Of a stretch of DNA of 64,000 nt, positions 55,492 through 64,000 are shown one piece after another. The stretch is from Candidatus Limnocylindria bacterium. Lineage in GTDB: Bacteria > Chloroflexota > Limnocylindria > P2-11E. The stretch's first letter is position 1, and the number at the start of each line of letters is the position of its first letter. Location: the NCBI GenBank assembly GCA_036002305.1, contig DASYTL010000026.1, forward strand, positions 19,235 through 83,234, given 5' to 3'. The position numbers were made by a program, and so were the translations under genes. The notes beneath the pieces are model-generated. The model worked only from the letters and a program-made list of their open reading frames with translations, searched no databases and was not told the DNA's origin.

Positions 55492-56475
55492 ATGCCTCGG
55501 CGGCTCGTGAACCTCACGCTCCTCGCCGCCGTCGCGATGCTCCTCGCGACCGGGGTGATCGCCTGGCTGCTCCCGGAGCCGGCCGCGGCACCGCTCTACG
55601 CCGGTCACCGGGTGGCGGGCGTCGCGCTGGTCCTCGGGCTCGCGTGGAAGTACGCGATCGCGCGCCGCTCCCTCCGCCGCCGCGGCGCGGCGACGCCGAG
55701 CGTGTGGATCGGCCTGGCCTCCGCGGTCGCGACAGTGGCCGCCGCCGGCATCGGCATCGCCTGGACAACGGGGGTCGTCTCGTTCGATCGCCCGCTCGGC
55801 TATTCGGCGCTGAATCTCCACGTGATCGCCGGCCTCGCGCTCGGGGCGATCCTCGTCGCGCACGCGCTCCTGCGCGGCGAGTCACGACCGGCGCTCGTCT
55901 CACTGGCCGGCCGGCGCGCCGTGCTCCGGGGACTCGGCCTCTTTGCCGCATCACTCGCGGTGACGGCCGTGATCGACCGTTTCGCGCTCGCGCGGCGCTT
56001 GACCGGCTCTCGGCACGCCGGCTCGTTCACCGGCAACGCGTTTCCGGTGACGATGTGGAGCTTCGACAGGGTGCCGGCCATCGATGTCGCCGCGTGGCGC
56101 CTGCGCGTGAGCGGCGCCGTGGCCCGCGGTGCCGAGCTCTCGTACGCCGACGTCGTCGCGTTACCGCGTCGGGAGGCGAGCGCGATCCTCGACTGCACCG
56201 GGGGCTGGTGGAGCGAGCAAGTCTGGTCCGGCATATCCCTCGGAGATCTGCTCGCCGCCCGCGGGATCGCCGACAACGCGACACATGTCGCGGTCATCTC
56301 CGTTACCGGGCATCGGTGGACGTTCGATCGTCGGGAGGCCGAGCGGGCGATCCTGGCTACGCACGTGGGCGGCGAGACGCTTGCGCCCGGGCACGGGTAT
56401 CCGTTACGTCTCGTCGTCCCAAGTCTTCGGGGATTCTTATGGATCAAGTGGGTCCGCGAAGTCGCGGTGGCCTAA
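55492..56475 (+). CDS. molybdopterin-dependent oxidoreductase (SUOX fold) fused to an N-terminal 4-TM, His-bearing membrane domain
   Basis: TMs with GHRVAGVALVL and NLHVIAGLALGAILVAHALL; then ...WRLRVSGAV...ILDCTGGWWSEQVWSGISL...GGETLAPGHGYPLRLVVPSLRGFLWIKWV. Confidence 0.75.
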   Translation: MPRRLVNLTLLAAVAMLLATGVIAWLLPEPAAAPLYAGHRVAGVALVLGLAWKYAIARRSLRRRGAATPSVWIGLASAVATVAAAGIGIAWTTGVVSFDRPLGYSALNLHVIAGLALGAILVAHALLRGESRPALVSLAGRRAVLRGLGLFAASLAVTAVIDRFALARRLTGSRHAGSFTGNAFPVTMWSFDRVPAIDVAAWRLRVSGAVARGAELSYADVVALPRREASAILDCTGGWWSEQVWSGISLGDLLAARGIADNATHVAVISVTGHRWTFDRREAERAILATHVGGETLAPGHGYPLRLVVPSLRGFLWIKWVREVAVA

Positions 56476-56500
56476 GAATGCGTCTCGTGAGGCGGAGCTT

Positions 56501-57460
56501 CTGAGGCGCACGACCGCGGGGCTGTCCATCGTTGCGGTCGGCGCCGCGGTGATGCTCGTCATCGCCGCCACAGCACCGAACGGCATCGAGGTCGGCGGCT
56601 TGGGCTTGAGCGTCGGCTTTCCCGCGACGGATCCGCGCTTCGTCCCTGCCGGCGCTCCGCTCGGCATGATCGGATCCGATCCGGATGATCCGGACGACCC
56701 GTGGTCGGCGGCGGCTCCGCCGGGCGGAGCCGTGGTCGAGACGCCCGGACCGACCGCGAGCCCGAACGCGACCGGGATCATCCGCATTCCTGTGCCGAAA
56801 GCCATCCCCACCGGACTCCGCCGCGTCGGCATCCAGGCCGGCCACTGGAAGACCGATGAGGTGCCGGACGAGCTTCGCCGGCTTGTTCCGCAGACCGGGG
56901 CGCTCTGGGAGGGCGTCACGGAGGCGGAGATCAATCTCGACATCGCGCAGCGCGTTGCCGTGATCCTCAACTCGAACGGGATCGCCGTGGACGTCCTTCC
57001 GACCACGGTCCCGGCAGGGTACGTCGCGGACGCGTTCGTGGCGCTTCATGGGGACAGCGACGGGGTAGGAGAGTGGAGCGGCTTCAAGATGGCGCATGGT
57101 TCGCGTCGGGGACCGTACGAAGACCTGCTTCTGACGGCGGTCCGTGATTCGTACTGGGCCGCAACGGGCCTCGAGTACGACGGAACGCACATCACCGCGA
57201 ACATGCGTGGCTATTTCGCGTTCAGCTGGAGCCGCTACCGGCACGCGGTCGCGGCGCACACCCCCGCGGTCATCCTCGAGATGGGCTACGTCTCGCACGA
57301 CCATGACCGCGCTCTCATGCTCGACGAGCCCGACCGGCTCGCAAGCGGCATCGCGACGGGGATCATGAGATTCCTCGACGCGACGCCCCGGTCGAAGATC
57401 TTCGGTCAGGACCTCGTCGTGCCGGCCTTCCCCTCGCGCCGCCCGACGCCGACACCCTGA
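56501..57460 (+). CDS. N-acetylmuramoyl-L-alanine amidase (Amidase_3 type), membrane anchored
   Basis: RRVGIQAGHWKTD...EAEINLDIAQRVAVILNSNGIAVDVLP...DAFVALHGDS...VILEMGYVSHDHD. Anchor RRTTAGLSIVAVGAAVMLVIAA needs CTG 56501. The first canonical start (GTG 56549) is inside the TM helix. Confidence 0.7.
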   Translation: MRRTTAGLSIVAVGAAVMLVIAATAPNGIEVGGLGLSVGFPATDPRFVPAGAPLGMIGSDPDDPDDPWSAAAPPGGAVVETPGPTASPNATGIIRIPVPKAIPTGLRRVGIQAGHWKTDEVPDELRRLVPQTGALWEGVTEAEINLDIAQRVAVILNSNGIAVDVLPTTVPAGYVADAFVALHGDSDGVGEWSGFKMAHGSRRGPYEDLLLTAVRDSYWAATGLEYDGTHITANMRGYFAFSWSRYRHAVAAHTPAVILEMGYVSHDHDRALMLDEPDRLASGIATGIMRFLDATPRSKIFGQDLVVPAFPSRRPTPTP

Positions 57461-57533
57461 CCGCGTCGACACCTCGCCGCTAGCGGCGCGTCGTCCCCGC
57501 GCTTTCTGACGACACTTTTGTCATCCTGAGCGT

Positions 57534-58052
57534 GTGTTCGATCTCCAGACGCCCTGGTGGGAGATCGTCTTTCGGACCGCGGCCGTCTACATCGTCGTGC
57601 TTGTTCTGCTGCGTATCGCCGGGAAGCGCGAGCTCGGCCAGTACAGCCCGATGGACCTCGTCGTCATCCTGATCATCTCGAACGCCGTGCAGAACGCCAT
57701 GACCGGCGGCGACAACTCGCTCATCGGTGGGGTCATCGCGGCGTCCACGCTCGTCGGAATGAATCTCGTGCTCGGCCGGATCGGTCATCGGATCCCGGTG
57801 ATCGAGCACCTCTTCGAGAGCGAGCCCACTCCGCTGATCGAGAACGGGAGGATCCTCGAGGAGAACATGCGCCGGGAACACGTCGAGCTGGCTGAGCTCG
57901 AAATGGCCGCTCGCGAGCACGGGATCGACGATCTTCGCGAAGTGAAGGCCGCATATCTCGAGCGCGACGGGTCGATCAGCATCATCGCCCGCGATCGCGA
58001 GGTCGCCCAACGCGCGAGGAAGCGGATCCGCCAGCTCCGGGAGAAGCACTAG
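57534..58052 (+). CDS. DUF421 (YetF-like) membrane protein
   Basis: EIVFRTAAVYIVVLVLLRIAGKRELGQYSPMDLVVILIISNAVQNAM...PTPLIENGRILEENMRREHVELAELEMAAREHGI. Confidence 0.75.
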   Translation: MFDLQTPWWEIVFRTAAVYIVVLVLLRIAGKRELGQYSPMDLVVILIISNAVQNAMTGGDNSLIGGVIAASTLVGMNLVLGRIGHRIPVIEHLFESEPTPLIENGRILEENMRREHVELAELEMAAREHGIDDLREVKAAYLERDGSISIIARDREVAQRARKRIRQLREKH

Positions 58053-58055
58053 CCG

Positions 58056-59315
58056 GTGCGCTCCCTCCCAGGCCTCGCGCCGCTCGCGCACCGCAACTAC
58101 GCGCTCTACTGGGTCGGCCAGCTCGTCTCGATGTCGGGGACGTGGATCGAGCTCACCGCGACGACCTGGCTCCTCTACCAGCTCACCGATTCGCCGCTCC
58201 TCCTCGGTCTGGGCGGCGTGTTCCGCGCGGCGCCGCTCTTCGCCTTCGCGCTCATCGGCGGGACGGTCGCCGACCGCGTGGAGCGGAGGCGGCTCCTCCT
58301 CATCACGCAGAGCGCATCGGTCGCGACCTCGCTCGTGCTCGGGGCGCTGGTGGTGAGCGGGCAGATCGCGTTCTGGCACATCTACGCGATCAACCTGCTG
58401 AACGCGATCATCGCAGCGTTCGACGCGCCGGGCCGGCAGTCGCTCTTCCCGACACTCGTCCCGCGCGGGCAGCTGCAGAACGCGATCACGCTGAACGCGA
58501 TGCTCTTCCGCACCTCGAACCTCGTGGGGCCCGCCGTCGCGGGCCTTCTCATCGCGCGCGTCGGAGTGGCCGCGCCATTCTTCGTGAACGCGGTGAGCTA
58601 CTTCGCGATCATCGCCGGGCTCCTCGCGATGCGGATCCCCGCCGCCGCGGACCGTCCGCGCGGCTCGATCCGCGACGAGCTCGTCGGAGGACTTCGCTAC
58701 GTCCGAGCCAGCACGATCCTTCCGCTCGTCCTCGCGATCGAGGCGTCGCTCTCGATCTTCGGGCACAACCAGGCGCTCGTCACCATCTTCGCGCGTGACG
58801 TCCTTGGCACCGACGCCGAAGGGCTCGGGCTGCTGCTCTCGAGCATCGGCGCGGGCGCCATCGCCGGGATGGTGCTGCTTGTCGCGGTCGGGGACGTGCG
58901 ACGGAAGGGCGCGTTCATGCTCGGCGCGGGCGCGCTGTACGCGGCCATGCTGCTGGTCTTCGCCTGGTCGCGGTCGTTCGGGCTCTCGATGGCGGTGCTC
59001 GCGCTGCTCGGCTTCGCGGACGCGACGTGGGGCACCATGCGCAACGCGATCGCGCAGCTTGCCGCGGACGACGTCTACCGAGGCCGCGTCATGTCGCTCT
59101 TCGTCATCGTCTCCCGCGGGCTGACGAACGCCTCGCAGCTGCAGACCGGCGCGGTCACGGCCCTCGTCGGAGCGCCCGGCGCCGCGACCATCGGCGCCCT
59201 GATCATCGCCGGCGTCGTTGGCACGGTCGCCGCCCGTGTCGAGCGCCTGCGACACTTCACCGCGCCGGCCACGCTTCGGCCGGCACCGGAAGCCGCGCAA
59301 GCAGGAGGGGAGTAG
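58056..59315 (+). CDS. MFS transporter (EntS/MFS_3-like)
   Basis: HRNYALYWVGQLVSMSGTWIELTATTWLLYQLTDSPLLLGL...GGTVADRVERRRLLL. 12 TM. Starts 3 nt after the DUF421 stop. Confidence 0.8.
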   Translation: MRSLPGLAPLAHRNYALYWVGQLVSMSGTWIELTATTWLLYQLTDSPLLLGLGGVFRAAPLFAFALIGGTVADRVERRRLLLITQSASVATSLVLGALVVSGQIAFWHIYAINLLNAIIAAFDAPGRQSLFPTLVPRGQLQNAITLNAMLFRTSNLVGPAVAGLLIARVGVAAPFFVNAVSYFAIIAGLLAMRIPAAADRPRGSIRDELVGGLRYVRASTILPLVLAIEASLSIFGHNQALVTIFARDVLGTDAEGLGLLLSSIGAGAIAGMVLLVAVGDVRRKGAFMLGAGALYAAMLLVFAWSRSFGLSMAVLALLGFADATWGTMRNAIAQLAADDVYRGRVMSLFVIVSRGLTNASQLQTGAVTALVGAPGAATIGALIIAGVVGTVAARVERLRHFTAPATLRPAPEAAQAGGE

Positions 59316-59318
59316 CGC

Positions 59319-60323
59319 ATGAGTCCCGCCAGGAAGACCACCACCAAAAAGGCCACGACCCGAAAGACGACGACCCGGCGCAAGCGCGGGCCGGCGGAGC
59401 CGCGCGGCCCCGAGGCGCGGGACGCCGCGCTCGATCGCGGCGATGCGCATGTCGCGGCGCTGGCCGAGAGGATCGAGAGCGCGAAGGGATCGGTGCTCGC
59501 CGCGTATCGCGATCCGTACGCCGGCGCCCCGCTGGTCCTCGCGTCCCTGCCGCTCGCGAGCGTCGACGCGACGCCGTTCCAGCGCGATCTCTCGAGAACG
59601 CACGCCGACCGTCTCGCGACCGCGATCGGCGCGTCGGGCTTGTTCCTCGATCCGGTCATCGCGATCCCGAGCGCGGACGGATTCTGGTCGCCGAACGGGC
59701 GGCACCGCCTCGCCGCGGCGAAGCAGCTCGGGCTGCGCGCTATCACGGCCCTCCTGACCGACGATCCCGCGCTCGCGTACCGCATCCTCGCGCTCAACAC
59801 CGAGAAGGCGCACAACCTGCGCGATCGCGCCCTCGAGGTCATCCGCATGGCACGCTCGCTCGCCAAGGAGACGCCGCGCTCGAAGGAAGCGGAGCACGCG
59901 ACGAGCTTCGAGTCGCCTGCGTTCCTGACGCTCGGCGCGGCGTACGAGAAGCGGGACCGCTTCGCCGGATCGTCGTACAACTCGATGCTGCGTCGCGTCG
60001 ACCGTTTCATGGAGACGGCGCTGCCGGCTGCGCTGCGGCAGCGCGAGCAGTGGGCGGTGCGGCTCATGGACATCGACGACCGCGTCGCGGTGCACGTCAA
60101 CACCCTGCAGGAGCGCGGGATGAAGAGCCCGTACCTCCGTCAGGTCGTCGTCGCGCGCTGCAATCCCGTGCGCTGGATCCCGTCGAAGAAGGGCGAGAAG
60201 CCCCCGATGACCATGGCCGAGCTGCTCACGCGCATGACCGCGAACGTGCGGAAGTTCGACCCGGCGAAAGTGAGGCCACAGGACCTCGCGATCGTCGCCG
60301 CCGTCGCACCCGAGGAGGGCTAG
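59319..60323 (+). CDS. ParB/Srx-fold N-terminal-domain protein with a K/R/T-rich basic N-terminus
   Basis: MSPARKTTTKKATTRKTTTRRKRG..., then VDATPFQRDLSRTHADRLATAI...FLDPVIAI...PNGRHRLAAAKQLG (ParB GxxRxxAA box), ALNTEKAHNLRDRALEV. Starts 3 nt after the MFS stop. Confidence 0.65.
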   Translation: MSPARKTTTKKATTRKTTTRRKRGPAEPRGPEARDAALDRGDAHVAALAERIESAKGSVLAAYRDPYAGAPLVLASLPLASVDATPFQRDLSRTHADRLATAIGASGLFLDPVIAIPSADGFWSPNGRHRLAAAKQLGLRAITALLTDDPALAYRILALNTEKAHNLRDRALEVIRMARSLAKETPRSKEAEHATSFESPAFLTLGAAYEKRDRFAGSSYNSMLRRVDRFMETALPAALRQREQWAVRLMDIDDRVAVHVNTLQERGMKSPYLRQVVVARCNPVRWIPSKKGEKPPMTMAELLTRMTANVRKFDPAKVRPQDLAIVAAVAPEEG

Positions 60324-60469
60324 GGCTACCGAGCGGATACGGCGAGCGCTCTCGCTTCGGCGATCGCCACGGTGCTCACTCCCTCGCGCGAGTTAGGAGC
60401 AAAGTACTAGTACCCCGGCCCACCGATTGGGTGCCGTTCGCGACACGTGAACGGGTCAGTCTTGCGAAC

Positions 60470-61312
60470 ATGCCGACTGACCTGGACGTGATGGAAGTGG
60501 TGGGACGTCGAGAGGCCCCGATATTCACCTGGAATCCGGTCGAACAGATGTGGGTCCAGGAGAACCAGGTCGCCTCGAAGCCACCGCCCGCGCCGCACGA
60601 CATCCACGCGATCCAGACCTGGTTCCTCGACCCGGACGAGAACGAGTGGATCCAGACCGTTCTCGGCCCGACGGGCCGACAGCTCGCGGCGCGCTGGCAC
60701 GGTGCCTATCGCGTTCCTGAATCCGCGGTGCTGCCGAAGATCAAGCCGGGCAAGAGAACCAGCCCGTTGATGTTCGCGATCGCCGGTGTGGTGCTTATCG
60801 CGCTGATCGGTGGTGTGGCCCTCGCCGCTCCGAGCCTGATGGGCGCGCCGACTGCGAGCCCTGCGCCGTCGTCAGGAGTTGTGCCGACCGCGGCGCCGCA
60901 GCCCACGGCTGCCGCGACGCCCGAGCCCACTCCCGAACCCCCTCCCGAACCGACGCCCGGGCCGACCGTCGCTCCAACCCCGCGGCCCGTGCCACGGCCG
61001 GCAGGGCCCACGGTCACGCTGAAGGACGGCACGCGCGTCACCTATACGGGCCCGCTCACGGCCCAGCGCGGCGGCACCCTCGGGGCTTCGTTCACGGTCA
61101 TTCGCGGGAACGGTCGGCCCGGGGCAGGCGCGTTCGGTGTGTTCCTGAACGACCCGGTCACGGTTTCGAACCGTCGGGCCGCGACGGGAACGCTGAACGG
61201 CTCGGGTCAGATCTTCCTCAGCGTGCCGACCAACGTCCCGGTCGGCAGCTACCAGCTCCTGTTCTCGTACGCTGGCGAGACCGCGCAGATCGCCACCGTC
61301 ACGGTCCGCTAG
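60470..61312 (+). CDS. single-pass membrane protein: cytoplasmic N-domain, TM, P/T/E-rich linker, Ig-like C-terminal domain
   Basis: Inner ATG of ORF 59027..61312. MPTDLDVMEVVGRREAPIFTWNPVEQMWVQEN..., TM LMFAIAGVVLIALIGGVALAA, linker PEPTPEPPPEPTPGPTVAPTPRP, C-terminal ...FLSVPTNVPVGSYQLLFSYAGETAQIATVTV. Confidence 0.55.
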   Translation: MPTDLDVMEVVGRREAPIFTWNPVEQMWVQENQVASKPPPAPHDIHAIQTWFLDPDENEWIQTVLGPTGRQLAARWHGAYRVPESAVLPKIKPGKRTSPLMFAIAGVVLIALIGGVALAAPSLMGAPTASPAPSSGVVPTAAPQPTAAATPEPTPEPPPEPTPGPTVAPTPRPVPRPAGPTVTLKDGTRVTYTGPLTAQRGGTLGASFTVIRGNGRPGAGAFGVFLNDPVTVSNRRAATGTLNGSGQIFLSVPTNVPVGSYQLLFSYAGETAQIATVTVR

Positions 61313-61532
61313 CGCGCTGGGACGTGGCTTGCCCGTGCGGGTCCTGTCCAAGGGCAGGGCCCCTGACGGCGAAGCCGCTCGGGATAGGTCTCTCGCTCGC
61401 GCACCCTCCCCTCCGGTCGCGTCACTCGCTTCGCTCGTTCCGCGAGGGCGGGTCCCCGGGGCACCCGCGCGTCGCGAGAGACCCACGCCTCACGGTGCCA
61501 CCCGCAGCGCACGAGCTCTGGGCTCTGGCGCG

Positions 61533-63614
61533 CTACGGCGGGCGGACGGTGACGACCCAGAAGACCCCGTAGTCCTCCATCCACTCCGCCCCCTCGATGA
61601 GCGGACGGATCGCGAGGCGATAGGTCCCCGGCACCTGCGGGGCCACGATCGTGAACTGGAACCACGCGACCTGATTCGGCCCGACCCACTCCGCCGGCTG
61701 AACGGCGACGCGGTTGTAGCGCGGCCAGCCGGTGGACGGTGATCCCGCGCCCCCGTCACCGCCGAGCGAGCTCGCCCGATCCTGTCCCGGCTCGGGGTTC
61801 CATGTCCCGAGATAGGCGACTTCGCCCATCTTCGTGGCGAGCCAGCCCTGCGATCCACTGTTGTAGTAGGCGACCACCGCGGTCGCGCTCTGGCCCGGGC
61901 ACAGCGTCGAGTAACCGCTCTGTCCGTACCACGAGGCGTGGAAGCCGGCCATTCCGGACGCGACGCCCGACGGCGGCGCGATGCCCGGACCAACGACAGG
62001 CTCGCAGGCGGGCGAAGGGATCGGCGGCGGCATGGGCGTCGGCGTGGCCGCGCCGAGGGTCGTCACCTGCCCAGCGACCACGGTCACCTGGCCGAGCACG
62101 CGCTCGCTCACCCGCGGCGAGTCGGTCGTCACGCGATAGCTCGCCGTCGGAACGTCGACGAAGCCGAACCATCCGGACCCGTCGCTCGTCGTGCTCCGCA
62201 GGAGGAAGCCGTCGCTCGCCTCGACCAGGTGGATGACCGTCCCCGCGAGGGGCGTCCCATCCGACGTCAGCGCGGACCCGCGCACGTGCCCGAAGATCGG
62301 CTGCGTCTTCCACGTCATCGCGGGAACGGCCGGCGTATCGGCGAAGACGGCCGGAGACGTCGTGTCGTAATCCGAGGGCTGCGTGAGCCCGCGGATGAGC
62401 TCGGCGCGGCTCGCCGCCCCGCTGCGCGTCCCCGCGTCGGCCGCGAGATCCGGCGTCCGGTACGAATAGCCGACCCAGCCGGCGGCCTTGTTCCCGGCGC
62501 CGCTCGGCGCGACGGCCCGGCGGACCTGGCTCACGCTCGAGGCGATCGTGTTGAGGTAGAGGCCGGAACCGACCACGGCGGAGCGGCGGTACTGGTTGTC
62601 CTTCGCGAATTCGCTCCACTCGTCGTACATCCGGCGCTGGTTGCCGGGCTCGGTGGCGAGCGTGTCGCGCTTGTAGTTCATGAGGATCGCCGTATCGAGA
62701 ATCCCTTCGCTCAGCCACCCGCGCCAGTCCTGCAGCTGCTCGGCGTACGCCCGCGTTCCCTCCCAGCTCCCGATCGTTTGCGGTCCATTCCCGTACGTGA
62801 TGGTGTCCGCCGAGACGCGGATGTTCGGCTTGAGCGCGGTCGCGTCGAGGTAGATCCGGCGCATGAGCCCGGTAACCTGATCGCGCCGCCACTCGGTCCA
62901 CTGCGCATCGGTGTTGGATGGCGTGCCGGCGCGGCCGGTCTCGGCGCGGAAGCGCTCGAGCGCGGTGGGGTTGTAGCCCCACGACGGAACGCCGCCGGCG
63001 ACGTTCCCGTCGGGGTAGCGGATGCGGTCGAGGTTGATCCCGTCCACGTCGTAGTTCTTGACGATCGCCGTCGCCATGCTCACGACCCACGCGGCCGCGT
63101 CGGGATGGCCCGGATCGAGGTTCCAGTCGTCCCCGACCTTGGCGAGTCCGTCGGAGCGGGTCATGACCCAGTTGTCGCGGCCGGACGCGGCGGGCCCGTG
63201 GAGATTGAAGATGTGATTCGGATCGCGAGGCGGCGTCGTGCTGTTCCACATCGCGGTCACGATCACCCACGCGTGCACTTCGATCCCCTGCGCGTGCGCC
63301 GTCTCGATCAGCGCCTGAAGCGGATCGAATCCGGTCGCGAGCGTCTCGCGCACCGGTATTCCCGCGCGCAAGCAGAAGCAGTCGCCGCGGCGGACGACCT
63401 GCGCCACGATCGCGTTCGCGTGCGCCGACTTGGTGGCGGCGACCAGCGAATCGATCTCGGCCTGGTCGTTGATGCCTTCCCCGAACGCATCCGCCCAGAA
63501 CGCGCGGAACTGCCCGCCCGCGGCCGCGGTCCCGTCGAGCCCGGATTCCGGCGGGATCACCGCGAGTGAGCTGGCGACGTACCAGAGGACGGCCGCGATC
63601 GTAACGAGCTTCAG
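61533..63614 (-). CDS. secreted GHL10-family (PF02638, YngK-like) glycosyl hydrolase, with a CarboxypepD_reg-like domain and a C-terminal NBR1-like Ig module
   Basis: FRAFWADAFGEGI...AHANAIVAQVVRRGD...GIEVHAWV...NLDPGHPDA...DGINLDRIRYP; then HVRGSALTSDGTPLAGTVIHLV; the C-terminus is about 70% identical by eye to the 4296 gene module. The signal peptide KLVTIAAVLWYVASSLA is reached only from CTG 63614 (GGGGAAGGA 6 nt upstream). Confidence 0.75.
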   Translation of the reverse strand: MKLVTIAAVLWYVASSLAVIPPESGLDGTAAAGGQFRAFWADAFGEGINDQAEIDSLVAATKSAHANAIVAQVVRRGDCFCLRAGIPVRETLATGFDPLQALIETAHAQGIEVHAWVIVTAMWNSTTPPRDPNHIFNLHGPAASGRDNWVMTRSDGLAKVGDDWNLDPGHPDAAAWVVSMATAIVKNYDVDGINLDRIRYPDGNVAGGVPSWGYNPTALERFRAETGRAGTPSNTDAQWTEWRRDQVTGLMRRIYLDATALKPNIRVSADTITYGNGPQTIGSWEGTRAYAEQLQDWRGWLSEGILDTAILMNYKRDTLATEPGNQRRMYDEWSEFAKDNQYRRSAVVGSGLYLNTIASSVSQVRRAVAPSGAGNKAAGWVGYSYRTPDLAADAGTRSGAASRAELIRGLTQPSDYDTTSPAVFADTPAVPAMTWKTQPIFGHVRGSALTSDGTPLAGTVIHLVEASDGFLLRSTTSDGSGWFGFVDVPTASYRVTTDSPRVSERVLGQVTVVAGQVTTLGAATPTPMPPPIPSPACEPVVGPGIAPPSGVASGMAGFHASWYGQSGYSTLCPGQSATAVVAYYNSGSQGWLATKMGEVAYLGTWNPEPGQDRASSLGGDGGAGSPSTGWPRYNRVAVQPAEWVGPNQVAWFQFTIVAPQVPGTYRLAIRPLIEGAEWMEDYGVFWVVTVRPP

Positions 63615-63731
63615 TTTTTTTCCTTCCCCAAAGCCGGATTCGTGAAGCTGGCGCGACTCGCTTGCCTAACGTGAAGTCTTCGGGTGCGTTCCGTCAGCGT
63701 CAAGCAGCGAGGCGGGCGAGCGTGCGGTCGC

Positions 63732-64000
63732 TCAGAGCCCCGCGATGTCCCTCGCGATCTCGTCCGGCGCGTAAAGCGGGATGTCGTGCGGCGAGTCGTA
63801 CCACTTGATCAGTACCTTTGGCGCGACTCGACCGAGGCGATCGGCTGCACGCCGCGACGCTGCGAGCATGACCTCGCTCTTGCGCGATGCGAACGCGGCA
63901 AGAGCGGGCACGGTGACCTGCGGCCACGCGAGATCCTGCCTGAGCGAGAAGAGATCGCGCAGGATCCGCGCCCTCGCGTCGTGCGTGAGCGGCAGCACGA
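63732..64000 (-). CDS. alpha/beta-hydrolase-like protein, C-terminal part; the gene runs off the right edge
   Basis: ...VTVPALAAFASRKSEVMLAASRRAADRLGRVAPKVLIKWYDSPHDIPLYAPDEIARDIAGL (C-terminal catalytic-His region pattern xxHDIP). The call is tentative. Confidence 0.5.
   Translation of the reverse strand, partial: VLPLTHDARARILRDLFSLRQDLAWPQVTVPALAAFASRKSEVMLAASRRAADRLGRVAPKVLIKWYDSPHDIPLYAPDEIARDIAGL

Noticed and set aside
60880-61000. Short nucleotide periodicity (CCCGAACC-type repeats) that could be taken for a tandem repeat or CRISPR-like array.
   Set aside because: It encodes the PEPTPEPPPEPTPGPT linker of the 60470..61312 protein. No spacer-repeat architecture exists anywhere in the window.

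Overview
Very GC-rich (by eye about two-thirds to 70% G+C, third codon positions almost saturated) and extremely gene-dense 64-kb chromosomal segment. It holds roughly 70 protein genes, many joined by 4-nt ATGA/GTGA/CTGA start-stop overlaps. I recognised no rRNA, tRNA, CRISPR array, transposase, integrase or phage gene, so this reads as core and accessory metabolism rather than a mobile island. The gene content fits Actinomycetota-, Chloroflexota- or Dormibacterota-like soil lineages, but that cannot be resolved without a search. Main blocks: (1) secreted cell-wall and glycan hydrolases (Amidase_2, NAGPA-type phosphodiester glycosidase, Amidase_3, GHL10, G1 glutamic peptidase), three of which share one C/N-terminal Ig-like module. 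(2) A form-II-type coxS-coxL-coxM molybdo-hydroxylase with a MoxR/CoxD-like ATPase. (3) PstS-like protein, two tandem OpgC paralogs, YceI, and two tail-to-tail esterases. (4) The tctCBA transporter. (5) hutU followed by two GT-C glycosyltransferases. (6) A gamma-CA-like / hutH / 2Fe-2S / Mo-subunit operon whose Mo subunit carries a 1-nt frameshift. (7) A B12 acyl-CoA mutase operon (small subunit, PaaK-like ligase, large subunit) whose specificity residues look like 2-hydroxyisobutyryl-CoA mutase and whose large subunit carries an in-frame TAG. (8) A TraR/DksA zinc finger, tandem-wHTH protein and orphan OmpR regulator unit. (9) A rhodanese / MFS / VIT1 / MBL-rhodanese sulfur-iron block. (10) A GT4-GH130-unknown trio. 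(11) Two divergent SUOX-fold molybdoenzymes. (12) A DUF421-MFS-ParB-like operon. No recognisable defence or mobile system was found. The most interesting signals are the HCM-like mutase module, the HAL-coupled Mo-hydroxylase operon, apparent CTG initiation (twice as CTGA overlaps), a phased TCTTAGG triple repeat, an atypical lower-GC structured spacer after moxR, and three gene lesions (frameshift, amber codon, start-less MFS). All family calls rest on motif recognition by eye; no search was run.
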